A DNA stretch of 64,000 nt, from contig NC_092678.1 of assembly GCF_964355755.1 (NCBI RefSeq), positions 20,601,365 to 20,665,364 on the forward strand, written 5' to 3'. The notes beneath the pieces were generated by a model that saw nothing but the letters and a program-made list of their open reading frames with translations, did not search any database and had not been told where the DNA came from. Made by a program: the position numbers and the translations under genes. The DNA is from Antedon mediterranea. Taxonomy: Eukaryota > Animalia > Echinodermata. Positions 1 to 13,278 of this stretch are shown here, piece after piece (within the stretch, counting starts at the first letter, position 1; each line of letters opens with the position of its first letter).

Positions 1-692
1 CATAATATGAAAATACGCCTACAATGACTGTTTTTTTTTCGACAACTTTATTTAAGCGTTAAATTAAGTTTACATTGTAACTAAGATACCGTTAAAATAA
101 ACAATTAGACTACCTCGTCGGTTACAGTGCATAATCAATAATCTTCTCCTTCAATACACTACGGTACATCATAACCAGTAATGGTGTTTGTACAAAGATA
201 CATTCTGATACAGATTATGGTTGACACGTGCATGCGCAATAAGTAACTATGTATGGATCATCTTGGTATTAACTGTTTAGAATAAAAGTGCCTTGGTCTG
301 TTACACTGATAACCATTTTCATTCGAATGTTATGCAATGTTATACAAAATATTAAAAACATTAGTAGAGTAAAAACGATATAATGCAATTACAATTGTAA
401 ATACAGTTCAGGATTTGAAAATGCGAATTATTAAATCTCAGTATTGCAATTTTGCCTAAGCTTATATGTTTTTAATCACGTGCAAATTGGATAAATTTAA
501 TACGGTAGAACCCCTATTGAGGGGACACCTTCGGGAGACCCGACAAATGTTCCCCTTAAAATGGGTTTCACGAGAAAATGTCCCTTTAATACTTAATCTG
601 TAATTACAATATTAATAAGTACGTAAAAAATCTAGCTATAAATATTCGAAATTGATATAATTCTTATTACTTTAACCTAGCGCCACCAGTGA

Positions 693-1040
693 CCCAGGCG
701 CGATTTTTTTCGTACATAAGTTGGGGACCCCATGTGGAAGATAGCCGAACTACTTCCTAAATATAACTAAACCTAACCCTCTTAATAATCTCTCTCTCAC
801 TATAAAGTAAAAGAAGTAGCTCATGGAAATCGAACCCCATACATCGACATGTAAAGTCCATAGTCTTATCCACTCGACTGCACAGACGGCTCGACAGAAA
901 TCGTTTGCATTAGCGAATTGTAGTTAGCTTAATTCTTACGTCACACCTTATGGATATGACTAATGAATATTCATGTCTATTTTGTGACGCTTCACGAGGG
1001 GTCCCCAACTTATGTACGAAAAGAAATATCGCGACCCGGG
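693..1040. mobile_element. Non-autonomous TIR element with an internal tRNA-like segment
   Basis: Inverted repeats CGTACATAAGTTGGGGACCC (711-730) / GGGTCCCCAACTTATGTACG (999-1018), extending imperfectly outward. A reverse-strand tRNA-like stretch lies at ~820-880. Confidence 0.6.
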
Positions 1041-1524
1041 CATTTTGACTTTTCAAAAAAAGCTTTTGTGTATCTATGAAAGGTCATGCGTGACAAAAAC
1101 CTATTTTATTATTATTAGGCTGAATCGCCATTAATGTTATATTACGGTAAGCCAAGACATTCAAACTGTTTAAGAACATTCAATAATTGTTTACTCACGT
1201 TTTTGTTGAAAAATGATTGAATTTTAATAAATTCCGTAATTTAATAATTGCAAAAAAAAGAGTTAAATACTTTCTAAACACAGACAGAAAAATGTTCAAG
1301 GTAATTCGTTAACAATTAATTTCTGGAATGTTATGTATTTTTAATATATGATATTTAAATAATCAATGCAAATATCATGAATATTACAATCAAAACAATT
1401 AAATTAGAATTGAAAATATTTTCTATATAAATTCCAAAATAGAATTTTCGAAAAAATGTCAAAACTACAATAGGACGGAATCTAATTTGCATAATATTTG
1501 CGAAAGTTGATTAAATATCATGAT

Positions 1525-4500
1525 TTAGCAGCAGTCTTTTTTCATTTTCAAATCTCCATTATACTTCAATCCAGTGTCATCATCTGTTGAAGAGATAGAA
1601 ATGAGTTATGTAATCGTTGCCAGTTGATTTGTTTGAATATTGTAGAATTGATTATTTCGTTCCATTCAATGGTTTTATTTAACGGTCAGCCACAATTTAA
1701 GATTGTCGCACTTAAATATTTACTGTGGTGTAATTATTTAAGTTTTCAAACATTAGAAAGCAAAGTTCAACCAATCAGAAGCGACGGTTCAGGTGAGTCC
1801 TTTGTGGGAACTAAATAAAGATATAAAATAACTCACACGACCAGTTATCTTCACTAGTTCCAGCCATCTTGAAGTCCGGCAAACTTTTTGTGATCGAGTC
1901 CCAGGCGTCTTTGCTGATAAACTCCCACGTTGCACCATGATCCTTACTGCGCATGTAACTGCTCATGTCCATGTGAATGCCATAGATATGTCCTGTGAGT
2001 TGGTCAGACCCAATGACGTTATGCAGGTTCATTGGAAGAGCTATTAAACAAAATATGTATAATGTTATGCAAATTATGGTAATATTAGTACCGGGGGATG
2101 TTTAGAATCAGTCAGTCACGAAATATTGAGTGTTTAGTGTCCTGTGTTATCCAGGACAGTGATACAGTGATATTCTTTGAGCGACATTATAAAACTAAGT
2201 CTCATGTTTTACCTTTCCAGCTTCCATCTGGTGGATTATCTTGTACATAGCAGGATGGAACAATCTTATCTGATAGACGTCCAAATGAAGGGTTACAAGC
2301 AAAAATGACGTCATTAGCCGGATCGTCCAACTTCTTAGTTATGACAAAACCTCGATCGTAATAATCTGTCGAAATTAAAGCCAACATCAATAATAAAATA
2401 CAAAATCTACAAGCCTCTTATATTCATTTTTAGCTCAGTATATTGAGTAGACAGCTGATAAGATAAAAATGGGCCACACGGATGGTAGGGACCAAACCAG
2501 GAAGTATAATCGACCCGAAATGAGAACCAGGGCAAAGTTTGTCTTTATGAGATAGTTCAAACTAATAGGTCAGTTCAGGAGACTTGCCATTGGTAACCTG
2601 AAATCTAATACGCCGCCGGCGATTAAACCGGTACACCAACGTCTACTTTAAGAGTGTGGTGTGAAAGGTGGTTGGACATCCAGTTGGTACTACAAGGGTG
2701 TTAGTTCAGGAAAACCAATAACGGCCATCCAGCAAACGATCATGATGAGTACAACTACTGATTTCCTGGAAGGACTTGGTGCACAATATCTAATCTGCTA
2801 CGCGGTTACGATCCTCTAGGTCATGGAAACTAGAACTAGGAATTAATTGAAATGTGTTTATAATTGGTAAACTTTGTGTAAGTAGTGTTCTTAATAATGG
2901 CTAAGGTTTGACGCCTTTTAGGCGACGGATCTTTCTGTCTTTTGATATCATTCCTGGTAAATTGTATATTTCTTATTTATCCAGGGAAGAGTGAAATTAT
3001 CTTTGGAAATATTAAGCATTAAATATAATTCAGCCTCTAAAAATATTCTAAAAAATACCTGGGACTGGGCAGTCACTGGGATCACTGACACACACAGTAT
3101 GCTTTCCGTTTTCACACTTATGAGCACCGACCACGCAACAATCGCACTGGCTAGATAATAATCCGTCATCATAATTACAGGCGCATGTCTGAATGTTAGT
3201 CCATTTGCTGTACCTCATCACGGGTTCTTTAACCGGGTTGACTGCAGGCTCCTCTGAAGTAAACATAATCAGTGTGATAATGAGAACAAAAAAGGTGAGG
3301 TTCAACAACATGGGGCCCGGTAAGGCTTAGTTATTTAAATGGGAATGCTGCTGACAATTACCTACCAAAGTTAGCGATAATTGGTCTGTGAAGCCAACGC
3401 GGTTAATGAACTAACACTGAATGGGCTCTTATTCTCGTCGAATAATGAGGTAAGGGTTATGGATTACATTAAAAATGATAGTGATGACAGTTATAGTAGC
3501 TCATTTGATTAAAACACTATGTTCACAATACTTTGTGTATACATTAATAAGACAGGGTTTAATTTTCTCTACTATATTTATATTGTTCTAGTGTACTCAT
3601 GTAGGAAATTTTAAACTTAAGAATTGGCCTTCAAGAATGAATTGAGTATTCTGAAAATATTCAAACAAAATCTAGCGAAATTATGTTTAGTTTTTACAAT
3701 GTAACTTAGAAAATTGAGGAAACTTTGAATCGATCAAAGTTGGCGCCTTCCCTATGCTGAACTAGGAACCTACCATCAAACATAGGATACTCGCAGATAG
3801 CTGGCAGGACAGCGGTGCAGTCCATAATGTCCCAATCACCAAGATCAGTACTGACATCCCTTGTATCGTAGACATCTACAAAAGCCGCAGCTCCACAGTC
3901 TTCAGTCACGCTTGCCCCTGGCCTATCTGGTAGCCATTTTGTATAAGATGTCGATGAACCGTCTGTCCACATGAACATATCAGTACTCTACAAAATGAAG
4001 ATGTTTTGAATAACCATAAGGTATAATACAGTATATCGCATACAGTTAATTAATATAACCACCGCCATGATTACATCAGGTTACGTCATCAGTCTTCAAT
4101 CATATGGATAACATCATACTAACCCCAGCGTCTTTCAGCCCAATCCAGTATTTGTATGGCGAGAGTACTGGAACAAGGACGCGAAGAAATTGCTGTTCAA
4201 ACGTATCTTCAATCATGACTAATTGCGCATTGTCTGCTTCACAGGCCGCCTTTGCTGTATCCCAAGTTTCTAGCGTGTCGTTGAACACTTTGTAACACGT
4301 TTCTTTGTAAGGTGTGTAACCAGGCCGACATAAATCTGAAGTATGAGTGTTAATGTTGGACTAATTAATCATTATAACGAAGCGAAATCAAAAGTAACAT
4401 TCTCATGTTTGTGTATAGGCTATGTAGGCCTGCCTAAAAAAGATATGAACAGCCAGTTCCAAATTTGATTAAGCATTGCCAAATTTAGACCACGATAAGT

Positions 4501-7500
4501 GCAACACTAAACGATAAGAAAGTTATAGAAAATCAACCAGAACTTAACCATTTTCTTTCACATACATGAAAATGCTACACTTACCACCGCCTTCAACATC
4601 TGGTCTGTCCGTATACTCAAATTGAAAAAGATCTGTAGAACCTAGAACGTTAACGTTATCAACAGTCGAGAACCACAACAAATCAGCCACGCCGACAAAG
4701 CGATTAGTTCCCGGAGCACTGTTTCCGGTTTTGTCGATTCCTAAGCGTACTCGGAAAGTTGGTTTGGCAGCAATCTGAATAGTTCCAAGCTGTAAAACAA
4801 ATGTTACTATATTTTTAATTTGTCTTTGTGTTTCATTTAGAAAACACATGCACGAAGAAATCTAACGGAGACAGAAAAATAAACCACACTTGCAGAACAT
4901 CGTTTTGTTAAAATTTTAAATTGATAAGATTCTGAAAGGAATGGAACGTCATGGCCCGTCAAGAACTATATTCTGTAGACGATAATGGCCGAAGCGGAAA
5001 GATCTCTCCGACTTTAGGTTCCTACAAAACTCTATAAAACTTACATCAAATCGAACAGGAGATGGCCCAGACATGATAGAATTTACCACTGGTGCCTGGA
5101 TGAGCTCTGTGTATTCGGATTCGAGGCTAATATACTGGACAGTTTTAGACGTAAGCAATGTGAAAGTGGCGTCTACTGCTTTTCCAGTTGAATTGTCATC
5201 ATGCCAAATTGTAATCAATAGTATAATATCATCACTAGAGACATAGATCAAAACAAAATATTATCATATTTTGTGCCACATCAAACAATAGGATATTATT
5301 TTAACACACCCGAGTAAATTATTGTCATTTGATTGGAGGATTATATTTATATTATATTGAAGATGAACTATTATCTAATCATAAGACTAATAAAGTATTA
5401 GTATGTTTTAATGTGTTTGCCAGTGAGCATAAACATTATTGCTGCGTAGTAGTAGTTAATATTCTTAACAGCAGCTTGACCTGCCGTTACGCTTCATTGC
5501 TTGTCAGACTTGAAAGTTTATTGTTTGTCCACAGACCATTGGATTAAGAAGACCTAGGCATGCGTTTAACGGTTTTTTTACTGCATAGTCTGTGGGAGGT
5601 ATATTGTTATCCAATGAGAAGCGTTCTAAAATATAGACACTCTGTTTGTGTCTTTAGGAGGGCCGTGCGTCATCAAAACTACGTTATGTTATTTTGCTCG
5701 CAGCAAGTACTTGTAATTTTTAGTTTTATGATTATACTATAGTATGAATCCAATAAAATCACTTACCCTTTATAAAAAGAATTACTTTCGTATGCTATCT
5801 TGAACGACACCTTCGGTTCCGGAACAGCATTGATCAGTGTATGAACTGGTACTTCTCCAACCCAAATGTGAGCCTCGTCACCAATCTGCATTCCAAGTCC
5901 TAACCAGTGCTCAGATCCGTTGACCACCGCGTCTGTATCGTCTAGGACAACTTCTACTTCTAACGCTAAGATGTTATTAGAAGCGTCTACATCGTTCACC
6001 TCAATAATCCCTTCAATCTGTGTCACCGACCAGTCTTTAAGGATGCCGAAGTCATCATCGTTAGCAATGTACTGCGTCTGAGGAGCGTAGTAGCAGAACT
6101 CTGTCGAATACGTACAAGATAAACTGTCACTAACAGAGGAAACGGACACTTTGTTGATACTCCATTGCTCGCTAGTCTTGTTAGTCGTAAAGTTGTATGG
6201 TAGTGTGACTTCAATTGTAGGATCCGCGGTACCTTTTGGAAACTCAACAATAAGGTTCATATGCACCTTTTGACCAACGTTGACATAAACATTGCCATCT
6301 GCAGACTGCTCGGTGATGTTCATTACGAAATGTGGTAGTTTACTGAAGACTGCGTTAGCAGCTCCTTCTGCGCTTACCAAACCGGCGTCATTGATTTCAG
6401 CAGTAATAGTAACACGTAAAATTACTCCAGGTTTCACATCGGCTAAAAAGTACAAACGATTAATTATGATAACAAGAAACCAATAATACTCAATTGTACT
6501 CAGATTTTTTAAAAGTGTAATGAATGTTTTATTATCATCAATATATGACTAGTTATTGATTTTGTTGATTTAAAAAAAAAACAACGTTTTAGTTTAAATA
6601 CCCTTAACAGTTGAGTTGATGTTTCCTACGAATTGAATGTCAGCTGCAAAGTAAGTATCACTATCAAACGTGAGTTCAGCTTGACTATTTGTCGTTGAGT
6701 TCACCGTGTAACCGCTCTTGAAAAATTGTAACAACAGTATAAACCATTAGCATTTATATCTTGGTTTCTAATTATATCAACAAATAAAACACAGTAAACA
6801 TTCTAGAGGCAAAGTGAGAAACCTTTAACACAAATATAAAATAAAGATATCTTACCCCGGCGGTTGATTCGATAGTTGCACTTCCTGTGAGGGTCCAGAT
6901 GAATGAATCCGAAGACAAATCCAACTGAAAAAACGTTTAATATAAATTACATCAAAGAGACAAAAAACAACAACAACAAACACATCTTATTGAGAACCAT
7001 TTTTTGTTTGTTTTGTCTTGTTGCCACAGCTGGTGGCGCGTTGTGTTTTTGGAAATGAAATTTTTAAAAAATAAATTAAATAAAATACTAAATTACATCA
7101 AACTGGTATATAAGTACTCTATCAGTATCCTACATATTCTACATTTAGACTCAATAATATTGTAGAACTGTGTGAAGAATGGAAAATGTAATGAGAAGTG
7201 CAATTACATTTAAAGTTGCAGCTTTTTTCTTACTCTTTAAGTTTGAACTATTAACTATAATTATTTTCGAACTGTGAACACCAAAACAAAAATGGAAAAC
7301 ACCAGAAACGCCCTACAGAAACCAGTACCCGTACCAGTAACTATTGGTTGGTAATTATAGTTAATTGCAGATTAAAATTATTATTAAATCTATTTAAAAT
7401 ATTTGGAATAACAGTAGAAATCTATTGAATAGATATTATCTGCTTTATTATACAGAGTGTAATGATATCGAAGGGGCAATAATTACCGTAGATTTTAAGA

Positions 7501-10500
7501 AGGCTTTTGACTCTATTAGTAGAGATTTTATGTTCAATGTTCTAGAAAAGTTTAACTTTGGAATGTTCTTTTGTAACTGGGTAAAAGTATTATACAATAA
7601 CGTTGAATGTGTCACAGTTAACAATGGTTGGGTTTCAAACAATTTTAAAATGGAAAGAGGTATTAGACAAGGTTGTCCTCTATCTGCTCTGTTATTCATT
7701 TTAGTGGTTGAAGTAATGGCATCTAGAATAAGAAACAAAGATGACTATAAGGGTATTAAACTTCCAAATAATGAAAATAACATAGAAGCTAGAATAAGCC
7801 AATTAGCCGATGATACTGTTTTGTATGTTGGTAATGACAAAAGTATTAAGTCAGCAGTCAGTGTAATTGAACGTTTTTGTGAAGTATCTGGAATGACACT
7901 AAATAAAAAAAAAACCAATGCTTTTTGGATTGGTAAATGGAAGAACAGAATAGATAGACCTTTAGATTTAAATTGGGTAAAACACCCGATCAAAATTTTA
8001 GGCATATATGTAGGATATAATACAGAAGAATGTACCAGAAAAAACTGGGATGTTAAATTAATAGAGCTAGAAAAGACTTTAAAACAATGGAATGCTAGAA
8101 ATCTCTCAATTTTTGGTAGAATAATAATCCTGAAAATTCTTGCACTATCTAAATTAACATATGCTGCAAATATCACTGATGTTCCAAAATATGTATATAC
8201 ACAAGTTACAAATCTAATATATAATTTTATTTGGAACAATAAAAGGGAAAAGATAAAAAGAAAAACTCTAATTGGTGATGTTGAGATGGGAGGCATTAAA
8301 ATGCCTGATTTTACTCTTCATGTTAACGCACTCATGTGTGGCTGGTTAAAAAGAATTATGAATGATGATGGTGCTAAATGGAAAAATATTCCAATGTATT
8401 ATATTAAAAAAATATGTGATGTTAATGTTTTACTTAATATGTCATGTTATAACATTATTGATGTTAATTCTGATAAAATTCCACTGTTTTACAAAAATAT
8501 GATAAAAGCCTACATAAATTATAACAGAATCTCTAAAAAAAACCCTGAAACTTATAACGATATAATGAATGAGCAACTGTGGGGAAACCACTACGTTAAA
8601 CTAAAAAAAAAATCGCTTTTCTACAAGCATTGGATTGACAGTGGCATTATCAGTATTAAAGACATTGTTAATAAGAACACTTTTTTAACATCAAACGAAA
8701 TACTGGTGAAACTACAATGTAAAACAAACTGGTTAAATGAGTATTTGTGCATTATTAAGGCAATACCAATTCAATGGAAACGTATTATTAAGGAGGTAGA
8801 TATTTTCAATTGTGATGATAATGATGAATTAGTTGGGACCAAGTATGAGATTAATACTACCAAACTAATATACTCATGGTTTGTGAAAGAATATTTCATT
8901 ATTCCAATGTCACAACTAAAATGGGAAGAGTACTTCAATGATAACAACATTGATTGGAAAACTTCTTGGTTACGGAAAGTATGTAAAATGAAAGATAAGA
9001 AACTAGCACAATTCAATTATAAGATGTTACATAGAATACTGCCTACCAACAAACGGCTGTATCAGTGGAAAGTTAAGGAAACACAAACGTGTGACAAATG
9101 TGGAGAAATTGAAAATGAAAATCATTTGTTTTTTAGTTGTAGATTTATTCAGAAATATTGGAGGAAAATGCTTAGTATCTTTGTAAGTTTAAATCACAAT
9201 AATATATCATTTAAACAATTAATACTAGGAACGGGAGATAAGCTAATAGATTATATTTACACTTTTGCAGCATTTACTATTTATAGAATAAAAATGTTAT
9301 CTGCACTAAATAAGCCAGTGGGTAAATCTTTATGGAATTCATTTAAAAGCAATATGTTATATAACATTGAATGTGAAACATATAACAATAAAGAAACAAG
9401 TATAGAAAAATGGGTAGCTTTAAGAAATAAGATTATGATAATATAATTTCTAATTTGATACGATTAACCGAAAAAGAATTACAGTGATACGGGTTACTGG
9501 TGGTACTGAGTTATTATTGTTTTTTTTATCATGTATATAAATATATTGTATAATCCGGGTTGTAAAATGAAAACAAACAAATGAAAATGTGTGAACTATT
9601 TTAAAACGGGATAGATGACAATGATGATCCTGTCAAGTGTATAACAAAATATACGAAAATTAATGAAAAAAAAAGTAATACAGAATTCATATATGTAAAA
9701 ATGTTACTTATGAACTGTAACGACATTTACAAGTTAAATAATACGATTTTATGTAATATGAGATAATATGAATGTGAATAAAAGTGGTGTTTGCGCCACA
9801 AAAGAGAAAAAAAAAAAATACTAAATTACATCAAACTGGTATATAAGTACTCTATCAGTATCCTACATATTCTACATTTAGACTCAATAATATTGTAGAA
9901 CTGTGTGAAGAATGGAAAATGTAATGAGAAGTGCAATTACATTTAAAGTTGCAGCTTTTTTCTTACTCTTTAAGTTTGAACTATTAACTATAATTATTTT
10001 CGAACTGTGAACACCAAAACAAAAATGGAAAACACCAGAAACGCCCTACAGAAACCAGTACCCGTACCAGTAACTATTGGTTGGTAATTATAGTTAATTG
10101 CAGATTAAAATTATTATTAAATCTATTTAAAATATTTGGAATAACAGTAGAAATCTATTGAATAGATATTATCATGATGATATATATGTTGTTTTTGATT
10201 TAGTTCGCTACCTCCATGTTCTCAGCTGTAAGGATGACTTTAAAGCCTGTTCCAGATGTCAATCCAGTAGTGTTCACTTCGAAGTCCGTCTTTACTTCAT
10301 CTCCAATTCCATAGTAGGTTGTCGAATCTTCTACGGTTGCGCTCGCATCCATTTCTACGGCTTCGGCAGGAGCTGAAATAATAATAAGCAAGTATCATAA
10401 GACAAGAGCAATTTTAATTATCTATCTAAACTCATACTTTGAGTTGTGACGTATATAGAATGTCTCGTCTTCTTCCGTAAAGTTGGTTACTGTCAGTTTT

Positions 10501-13197
10501 GTTTACTTATACATATATTTAATTAATATTATACGTATACATATAGATAAACGTATTTAACAGTAATACAAATCAGACTATATTATATTTTTTAAATACT
10601 ATATAACATAACTATATTTTGTTGGGATACAAAAGATAAGATGGAGGGATGAACTAAATACACTTGGTGGCATTGCATGACAAAGAGTAGCTAGAGACAA
10701 AAGTTAAGGGTGAATTGGTGAAGAGGCCTTCGTCCTGAAGTGGAAAGAAATAGGTTAAGAAGAAGAAGAAGAAGATATTTTGTTTATTATTTATCATATG
10801 CAATTATTTAGCAAGGTTTTGGAGTATGAAAATAACGCCTCATAAAACCTTCTATATTGAAAAAAACTAAACTCATTAACCAGCAGTATATTAAAAAAAT
10901 AGTGCAGGACTGAAAAGTCTTGCACTATCTAAATTAACATATGCTGCAAATATCACTGACGTTCCAAAATATGTATATACACAAGTTACAAATCTAATAT
11001 ATAATTTTATTTGGAACAATAAAAGGGAAAAGATAAAAAGAAAAACTCTAATTGGTGATGATGAGATGGGAGGCAGTAAAATGCCTGATTTTACTCTTCA
11101 TGTTAACGCACTCATGTGTGGCTGGTTAAAAATAATTATGAATGATGATGGTGCTAAATGGAAAAATATTCCAATGTATTATATTAAAAAAATATGTGAT
11201 GTTAATGTTTTACTTAATATGTCATGTCATAGCATTATTGATGTTAATTATGATAAAATTCCACTGTTTTACAAAAATATGATAAAAGCCTACATAAATT
11301 ATAACAGAATCTCTAAAAAAACATGAAACTTATAACCACTACGTTAAACTAAAAAAAAATCGCTTTTCTACAAGCATTGGATTGACAGTGGCATTATCAG
11401 TATTAAAGACATTGTTAATAAGAACACTTTTTTAACATCAAACGAAATACTGGTGAAAGTACAATGTAAAACAAACTGGTTAAATGAGTATTTGTGCATT
11501 ATTAAGGCAATACCAATTCAATGGAAACGTATTATTAAGGAGGTAGATATTTTCAATTGTGATTATAATGATGAGTCAGTTGTGACCAAGTATGAGATTA
11601 ATACTACTAAACTAATATATTCATGGTTTGTGAAAGAATATTTCATTATTCCAATGTCACAACTAAAATGGGAAGAGTAGTTCAATGATAACAAAATAGT
11701 TTGGAAAACATCTTGGTTACGAAAAGTATGTAAAATGAAGGATAAGAAACTAGCACAATTCAATTATAAGATGTTACATAGAATACTGCCTACCAACAAA
11801 CGGCTGTATCAGTGGAAAGTTAAGGAAACACAAACGTGAAACATATAACAATAAAGAAACAAGTATAGAAAAATGGGTAGCTTTAAGAAATACATTATGC
11901 TAATAAAATTTCTAATTTGATACGATTATCAGAAAAGGAATTACTGTGAGACGGGTTACTGGTGGTACTGAGCTATTATTGTTTTTTTTTCTCATTTTAT
12001 CATGTATATAAATATAATAAATTGTATAATCCGGGTTGTAAAATGAAAACAAACAAATGAAAATGTATGAACTATTTTAAAATGGGATAGATGATAATGA
12101 TGATCCTGTCAAGTGTATAACAAAATATAAGAAAATTAATAAAAAAAAAGGTGTAATACAGAATTCATATATGTAAAAATGTTACTTATGAACTGTAACG
12201 ACATTTACAAGTTAAATAATACGATTTTATGTAACATGAGATAATATGAATGTGAATAAAAGTGGTGTTTGCGCCACAAAAGAAAAAAAAAACCAGCAGT
12301 AGATTATTCTAAAATGGACAATTCTTCAATAATAGTATAAATTTCTAAATAGATTATTTTTCGTCTCCTTCAAACCATAACCAGTGGAAAGAATATTGTT
12401 TGAAGGAACAAATATTTCAGCAACAATTATATCAACGTCGCTATGACGACTAATGTATGCGACGGCAACGAACGTGTTCTGTATTTGAGTGTGCATTTAA
12501 AAGACAATAGCTGATAATAACATGGAGACACGGACAAAGCAATAACGAGTTCTTGACTATATACTTCAAAATTACCAACCAGTCGACAATACTGCTTACA
12601 TTTACATTTTTACATCGATCGATTATACCGTAATTAGAAAGTGGGTACTATTATGAGAGAACACGGAAAATTGCTTCTTCGTGACAATGTTGACGTATTT
12701 AAGTACGGTATACTTAATTTATACCTAATTAGCTTACTCTTCTTTCTCGTTTGAAATATATAAATATATTCTTATTATTTTGCGTTTTTTGTAAACTATT
12801 ATATGTACTATATAATGTAGAATTTTTGTAGAATTTGCTTTTTGTAAAGGTCTATTTACACTAGGACGATAACGATCGACGATAAATAGATTTGCACTTT
12901 TTATACATAAAACTAAAGAAATCTAATCATAATGACGTCATGATAAAGATCGTGATTGTTTGTATTAATCATTTGATTTGGTTTATACAAATAATTATTA
13001 TTGTTATCAAAGACAACATAAATGATTATCCTACCGAAAACCTTTTTATTTTATTTGTTTGCTTTATGTAGGCCTTAGAAAAATGTATCATCCTAGTGTA
13101 AATGGGCCTTAACTCGGTTTCTTGTGTGTCGGAGTCGTCCTTTACTCTATTATACTGAAGATGGTAATGCATTGGTTAACAAAAGCATACTTAAAAT

Positions 13198-13278
<81 letters not shown>

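Noticed and set aside
110-272. Cys-containing minus-strand exon-like stretch
   Set aside because: Stops in all frames and no recognisable domain; cannot be supported from this window.
1525-1533. C-terminal CC as a Rab-type geranylgeranylation signal
   Set aside because: The protein has a signal peptide and extracellular domains, so cytosolic prenylation is implausible; disulfide bonding is more likely.
7425-9446. 673-aa ORF as a standalone or domesticated RT gene, with LADD as a novel catalytic motif
   Set aside because: No true ATG start (the ORF begins at TTG inside the duplicated flank). It is 5'-truncated with a polyA tail, and xADD variants occur among non-LTR RTs.
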